DNA from: Selaginella moellendorffii
Taxonomy: Eukaryota > Plantae > Lycopodiophyta
DNA length: 64,000 bases
Direction: 5' to 3'
Assembly: GCF_000143415.4 (NCBI RefSeq)
Contig: NW_003314261.1
Span: forward strand, 3,049,266 to 3,113,265
The notes under the pieces: model-generated
Told to the model about the DNA's origin: nothing
The model's database searches: none
What the model saw: only the letters and a program-made list of their open reading frames with translations
Program-made: the position numbers and the translations under genes
Shown here: positions 1-13,596 of the stretch, piece by piece
Layout: every line of letters begins with the position of its first letter
Position numbering within the stretch: the stretch's first letter is position 1

Positions 1-2417
1 AGCATCCCCCCGGGAATATGCTAATTTTCTGGGTTGGCGATATTTCTTTTCTTTCCATGACTGGGTGGCCTCGTGCCTTACTGTTCTCGTAGCATGATTT
101 GCACATGGATGCCACTGGGTCCACAATGTGGGCATTTCAAACCAAAGCTATGGTACGGGTTAAAATCGCTTGCGTGGTTCCCATCCGGTGGCTGGATATC
201 ACCACATGGGTAACTGGCATACCCATTTCTTTCACGTGGAGCTGATGCAAAGGGAGCTGCCAGGAAAGGGGGTGTCTGGCCTTGGCGCAGCTTCCTTGGA
301 AGAAGCTGGCTCTCTTGGATCGCGAGGAAGGCGCTAGGAAGCTCGCATTTTATCACGTGGTGGTTGTCGAGGACGATAGCGTCTTCCTGGGCAGCTTCCC
401 GCGAGTGAGATCAAGGAGGAACGAAACTCTCTTTCTTGTCGCGTTAGGGGGACCTTTCCAATCCAAGGGCTTGGATTTCGATCACATGGGCGCAAAACTG
501 ACCCTCGCGGGAAGCTTCCCGCCACGAAGGTGGACCAAAAACTCCTTGTAAGATCTTTTTGTTGTCACGCAATCGCAAGGTCACTTGTTGGCTTGAATGG
601 TGTTTGTTTTGTTTCGCCTCGTCCTTTTGCAAGACCCTGTGAAGCTTCTATGGCAACTTCGCTGGTGGAACTAAACTCCTCAAGAACTACTCTATATCAC
701 AGTCAATTTGAGAATGAGCACCGGAAGTATCGAATCGAAGGTCAAGTGGGGTCTCTTTAAAGATCCATTCCGCCAAAGTCCTCTCCTATATCACACCGCC
801 AAAGCGTTGGGGTCATTCATTCCTTGTCCTAGGCAATATTGACCGCCCCTTTCTTGTTAGATTGTTTGGAGCTCTCCAAAAGACTTGAATTGTGAACAGT
901 CCTAAGCCATCCCGTGAAGGGTGTGAAAGGCGAAACTTCGAGGGGAGCTTCGATGCAGCTGCAAGCAAAGCTTTTCTCTGCAGAGAAGCAAATCATGTCG
1001 TGGCATTGTTATCGAAAAGAAGGCAACCTTTCGGTCAATCATGCAGGTGAGAGAGTGGACTAAGGGGTAGCCACGAGCAAAAGTCAGCCCGTTGACAAAT
1101 GGCCTACAGTGGGGGGGCTTGACAAAAAGAAAGAGAAACGAAAAGAGGTGCATGACTCCACTAGTGGAACACTGGACGCGCCCACGCCTTGCATTAAAAC
1201 GACGCCTCTTGGGCACAAAAGTGGTGCCCGGCTGGGGCATACGCGGCACAAACGTAAGATCCCACACTATCTCGCATCTCAAACATGCCAGCACGATATA
1301 TGATGCGCTCGCTTCTCGGGGGAGATGAGATGTTTTTCCAGCCCAGGTTGCTGCGAAGGTGGCCCGCGTCCATATCATCCCCCACCACGGCGATAACATT
1401 TGGCATCAAGGACCGCTCACACATTCTTTTATAGAAGATGAGGTCGCCAACAGTGCGCACGAAGAGGATTTCGCCAACAGTGCCCCCCCGGGACGATCTG
1501 GTGACGATACAGGTGGAGAGTTGGAGACGAGCTCCATGGCAATAGAACTTGGGTGGCTGGCTGGCTGGCACCGCCCACACACAGGATCGCAAAGCGTCTT
1601 AAAAAAACAAAGGGATGATCTTCCCAGATCACAGGCCAAGTGTCGAGAGAAGCACACAACTTTCCAAATGTCCGGTATCCGAGCGAGAAGTTCCCATGGC
1701 GACGGGTAGCTTGGCTCACGTCTTTACACTTGGCTCGTCATCTTGGATTCGCTGCACCACCAAACGCCGTGTAACAGAGGTTGAGTGTGTCATGCCGGCA
1801 TCACTTTTTTTGTGTGTGGCCGGTCAATACGAGTTGAATTGTTTGACTGGCTTTTGGCTGCCTGGACCAATGAGATGGGCACACGCACCTCCTGGACCCA
1901 GCGTTGTTCTAACCAGTGCGAAACAGAGCAAAGAGTTAGATCGATAATGAATGAAACTTCAACAGGGGAGCCAACACAGCAAGATTGATTGCTGATACAT
2001 TTTAGTTTGAAAATCATTTAGGATATCTGGTCATATTTTTGTAAAATTGTTCCTGATAAAATAATGGTTTGCTTATTTATTATAATACTTATTATTAATT
2101 ATCCAGCAGTTTCAACCTAAGTTTAATTGGTGATTCTGGAAAAGTGTCCATGATTTGGATATGACAGCTACATTCTCTTGGATCCACAATTCTGACTTTG
2201 CAAGCTGAGGAATACTTGATCTGTGGGATGGGAAGCTTGTAAACAAAGATTTTACAAGCATCTCCACCAGCCAAAACACATGCAAGTGAGAGATAGAAAC
2301 ACCCAGAGAGCATACATGCTTTCTCATTGATTAGAGGAGTGATGAAGTGTGTGCACACGAAGAAAAGAGAATTCATTAGTGTTCCACAGTACATATAATT
2401 TAATAACACAAGATTAA

Positions 2418-2419
<2 letters not shown>

Positions 2420-2464
<45 letters not shown>
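2420..2464. repeat. (TA)n microsatellite
   Basis: Uninterrupted run of about 22 TA units at the start of a very AT-rich tract. Confidence 0.95.
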
Positions 2465-2466
<2 letters not shown>

Positions 2467-5138
2467 TAGAATATTCAAGAGTATTTTAGGTATATCCATT
2501 CACTGCTTAACCAAACCAAAAATAAAAACTTTGATAAGTTCTTCTCTTCTGCGATAGCTAGTAGCTTTTCATTTTATATCAAAAATAAAAATAACTTAGT
2601 TATATTTTTGTGCTAAGAATATATAAATTTTGATTATATCAGATGGTAAGTATTGACTTATAACTAATATATAATTAATCTAAATAATAATATATATATA
2701 CAATAATAAAATAAGTACATAAGCCAAAATTTAATATTTATTTTAGTTTTTTAATTTATTTTAATTGGATATAATCTGAAAAAAGGATAGAAATTATTTT
2801 GGTCTTCTAAGAACAAGTTAAATAAATTTTCTAATGAGGTTTTTTTATGTGTTTCAGTTTTACGTTTATTTTATTTATAATATTTTTATTATATTGAAAT
2901 TATTTTTTAAATTTATTAATTATATTTTAAATTATAACTAAATTTAATTAATTTATATAATATAAATTTTTTGCTAAAATAAATAAAAATGGCACCTATC
3001 AAACAGATTATAGAAATTCATTATCTTCTGACATTAATGTTGCTCTCACACAAGTGCAACATACACCAATTAATGATTAATTTTGTGAAAAATGAAATAC
3101 ATGAATTGCAATTCTTTAATATTTAAAGCAGTTAATAAAAAACATAAAAATGACAAAAATGATACATATTCAAATTTTTGTCAAATCAGTGTTTACAATT
3201 ATAAAATTCAATATTCTTTATTCTCTTTTAAAAATATTTTAAACTTATTTTTATTATTCATTTAACTACTAGTTAAAATAAGATATTTTACAACCTTAAG
3301 TGCTAGATTTACAATCTCTAAATAAAATAAACTATATTATTAGTAGAATCAAGTTTTAAGATATCACTTAATTTTTGGGAGAATATTTGATGGAAAAAAG
3401 TATTTATGCTTCTTTAAACTTCAAAATGATGGTAATCTTGTTTTTTTCTCTATGTAAAATAGAGCATTAATCACTAGTGTTCTAACAACAGTCCTAATTG
3501 TTTTCTTCACTTATCTTACAAAATAATTGTAATTTAGTATCTTACATAATACATATTTATTGTCTAGTAATTATCAATGCTTAAAGATAATTAAAATTAT
3601 GGTTAACTTGCAAATCTTCAAAAGTTCCATATAATGTAATTATAAGTGGTAATAGTGATACTAGCAGTCTTAGCCTAAGTGATCTCTTAAGGTTCTCACT
3701 TCTGGACTTTGGACAAGATAATAGATCTGGAGAAAAGAAAATTCCCTTTACAACCACAACATTTGAGATTTTATCTTCCATTTAGTTTGTAATTACTATT
3801 CAAATGTTTATCATAGATCATGGACAAGTGATACTCTTAATAAATCTCAGGGTGTTAACCATTCTCAAAGAAATGCCATGGCCATCAGAATGGAGGGCTA
3901 AGGGCAGCTTAAGTGTAAGAGAGTAGGTAAGTAACACTTTTAAGTGGTCTTAATGGCCTGTATTATTATGGCTGATTTCAATATATATCCTGGAGTTCAC
4001 ACACCATCAATAGAAAAGCTATTACTATTAGCTATTAGAATACTCACTAAACCTGATTTATATTTAACATGAAACAAATTTTAAAAACAATAAAAAATAA
4101 ATTGTCTGGACAAAGGTAATTTCTCTTTGTCACGCCAGTGCCATTTTCAACTTCATGACCAAGAGACCAAGAACAAAGTGCAAACCGTCTTGGCAGAAAG
4201 TCTACCAATTGCTACTGAGGGCTACAGGGGGCTATGCAAATCCAGCCCTTGGTGACTGGACCAGGAACTTCTCACTACTGGACAGAAGTCTGCTGCGAGC
4301 ACCTTTCCAATCATCCAGGTATCCGGGTTCCATGGCATTGTAAGTTTCACGAAACTTTGGACGGATTCGAGCTCCCGAATGGAACAGAATGCGAGCACGT
4401 CCATGGTGAGGGACGAGCACTTCAGGCAGCGAGGCATCAACGAGGACGCAGCACCACTGAAACTTAAGGATTGTGGGCACCTTCTCGTGGACCACTTTGG
4501 TAGTGAGTTTGAGAAGCAGCTGAACTGTAAAGAGCTTTAGAATGTCACAAAGACAGCATGGAGTTTGAAAGAATTTGGATGTTTAAAAGAAACAATTCAT
4601 AGGCCTAAAGACAATAATTTTCAGAAATATTTTAAATCTAAGGTAATTGTTTCTTGGCATTTTATACAACCCTTTTAAATATAGCATCTGGAGCCTTTAT
4701 ATGGCAGACTAAGAACAAGTTTTATGGAGGTCTCATGAAAGAAGAAACGCTGCGCTGATGTTATGTCGGACAAGGTTACTCCCTTTCTACTCTCATCTTA
4801 TGTTTCAATGCATCTTTGTACCCTCACACCAGGATTACACTCGGCTGTGCAAGCTGTTTCGATTTAAAAGTGAAGCGAAGGGCATGCAAGCTGTGACGCG
4901 CCTTCAAGAGGACTTCGAAGGCTTTGCCTTGGAATTCGAGAAATATGTTTTGGTAAGCAACTTTGCTTCATCTACATGGTTTCTTGGTTTGTGTGCACGG
5001 AAAATATACGTGAAATTGTTTTCACTTTGATTCAGGCCCAGGATGAGGAGTTTGGCGAGGAGGAGGTCAGAAGCTTAGTTTGTGCATTAAATAGCATATT
5101 CTGATTGTAGTTTTGTTCTGTTTCTCAGAGCGATTCTG

Positions 5139-5630
5139 ATGATGCTCAAGTATGTCCTTTCGAATGCTGGTTCTGCCCGAGTTGAGATGCAGAGAAACAT
5201 CGCTACTGGACACTATGATCCTATGTATTTGCCAGTCTTTGGTGGGCGATTCTACACTTTTGGCATCCTTGATGTCCATGCTCAAGTGCACGTTCGGAAC
5301 AACACGATCTACTACCACTCGTACAAAGGTATTGACCACGCTATCTTTATGTTTTGCCAACTTGCAGTGCGTTTTATCTGTTGAGAGTCGTGTTAAGGGA
5401 GAGGGGTGCCTCCTTTGGACGAATCAATGTTGGCTAAATTTGAAAGATCGCTTCCTTGAGCTGTGGCAATGGCCACACTTGGAATGAAAGCAGTGCCCGG
5501 ATGATGCTTAGTTGGAGATCTCTGTGTAGAGGATGAGGTATGGATAGTCATTGTCTAGCTAATTGAATCCCAATGGCATGAATGGTCCTGATTCATGTAG
5601 CTTCATAGAGGCCATGCTGTGGATCGTAGT
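5139..5630 (+). pseudogene. Possible degenerate Ulp1/peptidase C48-like fragment (TE cargo)
   Basis: YDPMYLPVFGGRFYTFGILDV...TIYYHSY resembles the C48 segment IFIPIN-x-HW-x-L-x-VIDL...TIYYYDS. Downstream PNGMNGPDSCSF (about 5569-5604) resembles PQQxNGxDCG. The catalytic HW is absent and stop codons intervene. Confidence 0.3.
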
Positions 5631-8600
5631 GGGTGACAAATTATTATCACAGCAAGCTTGTTGATGTGGTTTTTCAAATGAAACATTGTAGTGAGAGAAA
5701 TAAAAAGAAAACTATATAGGACAAAATATTATATTGCTTGATATAGAAAATTATATATGATTATTCGTTTGGCAAATATAAAAAATGTCTAGGCTTATGT
5801 ATAGTTTTAGCTGCATCATAGAGCTGCAGACTGGAATTCTCCTGGATCACGAAATTGCTCAAAATTTTTGGAGGGGAGGTGATGTAAATGTAGCACCATT
5901 ACCATGGTCACCATCCAAGGCCACAGCCATGACCAAGGCTAGTGGCAGCAGCAATGGCCACTGGCCACAACCACCTGCCACCAGCCATTGGCCCAGTGAG
6001 TGGCCTGCCCACCAGCCAGGCAAGAAGTGTCAAACACAGACAGTTGTGAATTTGGTATAATATAGCCCTTTAAGAAAAATGTATAACAAAAGTATTGTAG
6101 GACTAATAGTATGACTATAGTGTGATATAATTGCATTATAATCAATATGAATAAACATATAGTGTATGAGCTTTTAAAAAACTATTTGGATCACCACATT
6201 GAATAATGCATCAATGAACTATAAATCTATATGAAAACTATATATTACTGAACTATAAAAATTATATGAGAAAACTATATGAAAGAAAGTATTGGTATGC
6301 CAGAGAAAAATAACTATACAAATGTTGAAATTAGATAAAAATAATTTTTAAGAAACTATACCAAAATCTGTCACATAGATAACAATTTAATTTTAACATA
6401 CAAAAAACTATTCAAAATTGAAAAACCACATTTGCTATGTGTCTTGATTGCCAAATGATGCTAGAAGGGTGCTCTTGAGGAGGGAGGACTTTAGAAGTTT
6501 GACTTCTAACACAAATGAAAATCCAAAGGCTAATCCAATGCATTATCTAAGGTGCAAATAAAACTTTAACTACATTTGCCATTGGAGTGATTGGTGATAT
6601 TTTTTTTCAGTCAAATATCCAATGAATTGAGAGGCCATGAATTTATTGGGTCCAGTGTGTAAGGAGATCAAAACCCATTCCTAAGTGAGTGATATATGGC
6701 AAGAGCAGTGGCTTGCTTTGTTGGAGGTAATGCTTTACCCCAGAAATGTTGATAATCAGTATATATCATAATTAAGTAGGAGCCTGGAAATGAAAGCTTC
6801 TAGTGCTAGAAAAAGATATTCAACCTTCTCATATTGTATCAAGAAAAGCATATTTTTAACAGCCATTTTTGGTTCAAAGTACTTCCATATTTTTTTAAAA
6901 TAAAATTTATATAAAAAATACAAATATCTAAAACTGATACCAGTTTTGGTTTCAAAACACATACATATATCCCAGCTTTTGGTTTGCTTAAACAAACCTA
7001 TATGGTAGAATACACTTAGATATTCTATTATATTCAAATATCTAATAGTTATTATTCATTTAGATTAATCTTTTTTTATAAGTTATTAACTTTTCTAAAC
7101 ACTTCCCAGAAGCACTCCTCCTGGCATTTGACAAGTGGGTGATATAATAGAGTGTTAGCCCCATAAACAGTGTCTTGTCCAAAATAGAGGGATGTCATCT
7201 TTCAAGCATGGCATCTAAGTATGTGCTTTGCTACTCATCCATCACCACTGTCTCCTCCTCATGTGGCAAGTTGCTCTGGAGATGAATATGGACACCAGAT
7301 GAGCATGATCAATATTTTTTGGGATGGACTATCATCAAACACTTCCCCTGGTTTAAGATTGGTTGGGACTATGTGTGAATTAGTATTATTCATTAATCTA
7401 ATAAATAATAATTATAAACATATTTATACAATAAACTGGAATTAAAACTGTCAATTAACAATTTTTCTTCTCACTAAATAAATAGTGTGTCTTATTTGTT
7501 TATTTATAAGATATGGCTATAATATATATGAATTAGTGAATTTATGTAGTAGGTTGCTCCTTGATTCTTCAACTCAATAAAACCAATTTCCTTTTTTCAA
7601 TTGTAAGCCATCAGATTCCTAATATTTATGTTTGCCTCTACATCCTCTATATGTTTGTGAAATAACATGTATGCCCAGATATCTGGACAAAAAGCTCAAC
7701 ATTAAATCCCAACTACTCTTTAGCTGTAGTAGCTTTGTGTATACAAAGTTTTTAGTCAAATTGGCTTATGACAAATTGTGATTAATCCATAAGGCAAAGT
7801 TGTGGAATCCATAATGTTAAGGTAGACAAGCAGATCTCTATGTTGTTTCCATGCTACAAGCCACAAAATACTCACTCATCACACAAAGAAAAGATTAAAC
7901 TTCTTCATACACATACCAGATGATCTTGTTAGAACAATGCTTCATTATGGTAATTCTCAAAAAGTTTGGATGTGTTCTTCTCTTCTAGGGCTACAAAATT
8001 TGCTAGAGCTATAGAGGAAGTTTGATTACTTTTGTGAAATATTTATATACTTAGATATCAAAAACCAAAAAAGAGCATAACCAGGAGAATTGCTCAACAC
8101 GTGAAACCAATCTGATGGTGAGATCTTATGTGACATGCTCTGCCATTGGGGTCATAATCCTAGCTGTGCAATCTAATTAACTCTCCCTCAATTATCCAAG
8201 TCAAACTAGCATGGTGATGCTAGTTGATATAGTGGGATCTGTAGTGCATCATAAGAGCTCTTAATGAAAGATGTTTGAGCATGTGAGTTAGAGCTGATTC
8301 ATGAGATTGTGGCCTGTAACTTTCTCCTTAAAAGCATTATGAATGTTTAACAACTTACATAGTCTCAACCAAATTGTTTTGTATCACCCAAACTCCCAAT
8401 CCTTGAGCAACCTATTTTAGTTGATGGTTAGAGAAACATGCAATGTTGCAATACCAATTGTCACAATTTATTGATGGTAATCTTGATATTTACTATGTTG
8501 TCATTGATGTCTAAAAACCCAAGTGAGAGAACCAAAGTTTGAACCAATTAAGAGGAGTTGGACTTGACTTTATATGGTCTAGAGTTCATTGTGGTCTAAA

Positions 8601-9380
8601 GCTATGGAAGTATTGGCAAAGATCTAATCCACTTGCTTCACACCTCTTAATTTGTCATTGGTGATATAAGTTGAATGATCATTAAAAGATATTGTTAGCA
8701 TATTATCTATGAACAAAATGTAATTATACTTATTTTCAGTAGCAAAAGAAAATAAATAAAACAAGTGACTCAATGAAGAGAAGTAAAAGGAAAAAGAAGT
8801 ACCTTTCAAAGGAGTAAAGACTCTTGCCATCAACTTAGGAATGTGCCTAGAGATCAAGCTAATTGCTATGGATAATGCTTAAAACATGGCCCACTATAGA
8901 TTAAACTCTTGAGAAATGTGAGTCCACACAAGAAATTCATCTATGGACTAAATTATATAACATAATTATAAATTATTATAAGTGTTTGTAGCAATTTATT
9001 TATCTTTATTTCCAAGTTTTATAATCTAATCTAGTCCTTCTCCTTGTCCATAAACAAAGAAAAATCAATGGGAGGATCAAAGAGTTTTAGATTTCACAAT
9101 TCTAACTCTTTCTTGTCACCATGATATGCCATAAGCCTTCAATTGCTTCCTATCAAGCATCACCACCTCTAAAAACAGTACCCCCATGAAAAAAAACAAC
9201 AATAAAATAGATGAAAAAAAGTTCCTCCAAGTAGTTCCATAACCATGGCTGCTCGGCCATGAAACTCCACAGTTGAGCAGCACCATGGCCTGGCCATAGC
9301 TTGGTAGTGCTATAGCTTGTGCCATAGTCAATCTAAATTAATCTTGATCACCAAGGAGAAATTTATTGTGAAGAACTTAC

Positions 9381-11096
9381 TGTAAGTGACTAATTTTTCC
9401 ATTCTACTTTAGTCACTTATCCACACCTCCGACCACTTGGAAGAGTCTCATTCACAACCTCCATCAGTCCAATTCAGGACTTGGGACTTGCTAGCCCCAA
9501 GAATGGCATTCATGCCACTCAACACTTGCACTTGGTCCAAGTGCTCCTCGTGTCCGGTCCCAAGACCGACACCCAAAGGTACCACTGACATCTCGGCCCG
9601 TTACGCTAAGGCCATGCCCATTCACCTTTGCTGCACTAGTGGTCCAATACCACTTGTATCACAATCCCGTCTCTCCAAGACTGGGCCATCTGTCCACGAG
9701 CGGTCATCCTAGATCCACTCCTTAGCATCCTTAGGATGCCCACAGACCTGGGGAATTGCCTTCTCCAAAGTCCCTTTGTCAGTTCCTACCAAGTCCCTTT
9801 TTGCCCCTGACCGTGTTTGCCAACACTGCCACTAGATCGAGGCCCACAGGCCCGACCCCTAAGTCCCATGGTCCTCTGGGACTTCCTCACCACACGACTG
9901 TGTCCTTGGTCACTACCCCAGAGGACTGCTCCTCTTCCTTTCCACAGTCTAGGCCTTTGGGACAACATTTCGGAACACCATGGCCTTACGCAAGCCACCT
10001 GGGTACTCTCCCTGCCTTTCGCCTTTAGGTGCTCTAGCCATGGGCTTAGAGCGAGGTTCCATTGAGCCACGCCTGGTATCCAAGTAGGTAGTGCCACCCA
10101 CACTTGGACTGGGAGCATCGGCCAGTCGATCTCCCGGGGGAACTAGAGCCGGCTCTTGAACACTTCACCAAGCTACCCCGCTTGTCGGTCCGTATTCACT
10201 CTAGTCTTGGACTTCCCAGTGGTCAGTTCATCACCCAACACTGGGTCTGGCCTTCCTGGGCCAAACTGGCCTTTCCTGGCCAAACTGGCTCCACTGCAGT
10301 CCTCCCCCCCACTATACTTTTGGAGCTCACCAAACCCCCCAAGGTCTGGGAGACGAACGCTTTGGGCTTTCACCCTCTCAGACTCGAACTTGGACTCGGA
10401 CTCGGACTCGGACTCGGACTTGGACTCGGACTCGGACTCGGACTCGGACTCGGACTCGGACTCGGACTCGGGCTCGGGCTCGGTCTCAGCCTTGGCCTCG
10501 GGCTCAGTCTCGGTCCCGGTCCCGGTCTCGGTCTCGGTCCCGTTCTCGGTCTCGGTCTCGGTCCTGGTCTCGGTCTCGACCTCGGACTCCATCTTGGGTC
10601 CTTCTCGGACTCCATCTCGGACTCCATCTCGGACTCTATCTTGGACTCCGTCTCGGTCCATCTCGGACTCCATCTCGGGTCCATCTCGGACTCCGTCTCG
10701 GTCCACCTCGGACTCCATCTCGGACTCCATCTCGGGTCCATCTTGGACTCCATCTCGGACTCCATCTCGGGTCCATCTCGGACTCCGTCTCGGTCCACCT
10801 TGGACTCCACTTCGGGTCCATCTCAGACTCCGTCTCGGTCCATCTCGGACTCCATCTCGGGTCCATCTCGGACTCCGTCTCGGTCCACCTCGGACTCCAC
10901 TTCGGGTCCGCCTTGCTTATTGCTCGCTTCATGCTTGTTCCTCGAGCACTTTGTTGGGAGTTCCACTCCCACTCTCAACCTTCCAAGTTGGAGCTTTTAG
11001 TCCAAACGTGTTATGTTCGTTTGGCTTTCGCTTCGGCCACTACCACATGGCACCCTTCCGGCTCCACTTTGGGGCCTAGACATTTTGTGTCTCACA
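9381..11096 (-). repeat. 3' LTR of the large element (1716 bp)
   Basis: Starts TGTAAGTGACTAATTTTTCC and ends TTTGTGTCTCACA. Near-identical to 15762-17321 outside the satellite. Confidence 0.95.
10380..10908. repeat. GGACTC/GGTCTC hexamer satellite grading into 11-12-bp GGACTCCATCTC units, in the left LTR
   Basis: Visible tandem array that produces the overlapping GL, DS, ES and SP low-complexity ORFs in the ORF track. Confidence 0.95.
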
Positions 11097-11108
11097 ACTC
11101 CACCACCT
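11097..11108 (-). promoter_or_regulatory. PPT of the large LTR element
   Basis: Minus-strand AGGTGGTGGAGT abuts the 3' LTR. Confidence 0.75.
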
Positions 11109-13540
11109 ATAGACGAAGTTCGATGTCCTCATCGAACGGTAAACCCTTTTATAAAGTAACACCCGCATGTATTACCATTCCCATCCTTGGCACCCGGCCA
11201 ATATTTGTCTATGGTTTGACCCCAAAGGCTCACCATGCCTTGTCCATCCTCCAAGGAGGATAGTCTCTCCAACTTAGAAACTGATTGGACCACTTGGGGT
11301 GGTTCTTTCTGTTTATTGGTTTAGTTCTCGCTAAATCCGTTAGAGGCACCCTCTCTAACTCAATTCCCCTACTCATTCTTGAGTAGTCACAGATTCCATT
11401 GATCTACCTTTGCACTTTGGAACGTTTACTTTTGACTTCTTGAAGTCAATTTCCTAGGTGTCTCCGACACCTTGCCTTGCACATTTTGTGCAACTCCACT
11501 TCCCCTCCTAGGAAGTTCTCTACTCGAGGGCACCCTCATCCTCTTTTCTATTTTTGTGCCACCATTGGCATTACGTTCCATTTATCATTATTTGTGCTAG
11601 GGCTGTCCACGGCCCTATCTTTTGGCTACTTAGTTGCTCCCTCACTTGGAGCCTTTCCTTTGCTAAATTGGAGCACTTGGGAATCCATCCTTGGAAGTCC
11701 ACTTCTTTTTCCGCAATTCGTTAGCATCAAACACATTAGTGTTCCTTGGCTAACTTTGCCACTTGGATTCTTTCCAATGGATTCCACGGCCCTATCTTAG
11801 GCACTCGTCTTTTGCTCCTATCCTTGGATTATTGCACTAAGCAACATAGGATTGCTACCTCCATTTTTTTTAGGTTTCCTTTCAATTCCATAGCAAACAC
11901 TTTGTTTTGCCAAGTCTAGAGGGTGTTCACCCCTAGTATGTCTCTTTAACATTTTCCACCGTGGGCTCTATCCACGGCCCAACTTTTTGAGACCCTCCCT
12001 TGGATCTCTTATAGAGACTACTTTCCTCGAACTTACTATGCCATAGCATTGATATAGCTCATTTCCCTTAGGTGTTCTTCCCACTTGGTCACCTTGACCA
12101 AGCCACACCGTTGTCAATAGTTCAAATCAACACTTTGAACTAGGAATCATATTCCTTAACCCAAACAAAGACCTTGTCCTTGTTTAGCCACAAGATCACC
12201 TAGTGATCTCATCTTGACCCCTTAATAGGTCTACCAATAGGAATTAGGTCTTCCAGACCCTTCTAAGTTGTTGACTATGACCCCGGGGGCATCCCCCACA
12301 CTTGGCGGTGCGCCCAAGCCAGCCCTTCCGGCCAAGGATCCATAGCAACCGAGACTGGGTGTCCCCATCTCATTCACCGCGTCTTTGGTGCCCTTTTGCA
12401 CCAAAGTGTTCAAGTTAGATATGCCGAGCTTTCACTCTAAACAATCTAACCGTGCATCACGACTCCGAGGCATCCCTCGCTTGGCGGTGTGCCCAAACCA
12501 GTCTCCTCACTGAGAGTCCATGACTACCGAAATATGAGTGTCCTCATATTCCAAACCATCACCACGCCCTAGTGAGTTGGGACTCGAACCCAAGCACTAG
12601 AGGGTCAGGACTCGAACCCAACCTCCGTATATGCATCTACAGACGGCATCACCCTAGATGCCTGGCGTGACTCCCCACGCCGGTGCACCAACTTATATTC
12701 AAAGCGCACTATAGATCACAGCTTAGGAACCTAATTCCTCCACATTGCCAAGTCCTCTCATTTGACAAGTCTGTGATCATGCATGGACTCCTCCATGCTT
12801 GGCCCCATGGCCCACCCTTTTGAAGTTATCACCTTCAACTAGGGCATTTGTTCCCTTGACTTGCCAATCTCGCTTTGGCAAGTCCTTCGACCACTGTAAC
12901 ATGGTTCCTACACAAGCGTGAAAGCCTTTGATCATCGACTTTCGTTCAAAGCCCTCTCTTTGAACACTCAGGAACTACTTCCCTAACCTTGATAGCCTTG
13001 CCTCATGGCAAGCTTTAAGACCACGCTTCTGCTGCGCCACTCTGATTTCGCGTGTTCTTTGAACCATTTACACTTGGCCTTTCTAGGTACTAAGCTACCT
13101 AGAATCATCTTTGGGAACCTTGAAGGAACTCTGTCCCTTAGCTTGCTAAGGCCTCCCTTTTTGCAAGCTTTCCAATTACCATATAGTCTAACATGGACAA
13201 TTCTATATTTTAGACTCTCCATGGCATCACGGTTGCTAGTGGCAACACCCTCGAGCCCCCACTTGATTCTCCACTCCCAATTGGCATAATTACCCTTAGT
13301 TATGCCCTTCGATTCCTATGGTTTGGTTCTATCCCCTTACTACTTGCTTTTGGCTTCACATCTTTCCTTCGGTCCTTCTCCTCCCGACTAGGAGGATAGC
13401 TTTGCACTTTTTATCATGTTGTAAGCAACCAAAGGGAACGACTCGAGAACGATCCATAGGGGTTCAAATATAGAGGGAAAGGGCCCATGAACAAGAGTGC
13501 ACCCCTTTTTCCAATCGGTTAAGGGTCTTGGGATATTTGG

Positions 13541-13596
13541 GGTTAAGTGTCCTTGGGTTAGAATAGTACTGGGCTGGGTGACCTCCCGGGAAGTCC
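13541..13596 (+). other. 5S rRNA-derived domain (Pol III internal control region, box A to box C) in TRIM LTR1
   Basis: GTTAAGTGTCCTTGGGTTAGAATAGTACTGGGCTGGGTGACCTCCCGGGAAGTCC aligns ungapped to the 3' half of plant 5S rRNA (about 47/55 against the angiosperm consensus as recalled). It is not a full 120-nt 5S gene. Confidence 0.92.

Noticed and set aside
1-2000. Moderate-GC region with many short ORFs, a CPHC motif and faint PPR-like phrases
   Set aside because: No frame gives a family I can support. It is probably a decayed gene or TE and needs BLASTX.
10580-10908. Repeat array with a superficial CRISPR-like periodicity
   Set aside because: Tandem units with no unique spacers and no cas genes, inside a eukaryotic LTR.
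10104-11079. Long ORFs (up to 307 aa) rich in GL, DS, SP and ES repeats, duplicated at 16485-17413
   Set aside because: By-products of a stop-poor hexamer satellite in the LTRs. They are open on both strands and frameshifted between the two LTR copies.
13541-13596. Stand-alone 5S rRNA gene
   Set aside because: Only about 55 nt of the 3' half is present, embedded in both TRIM LTRs.
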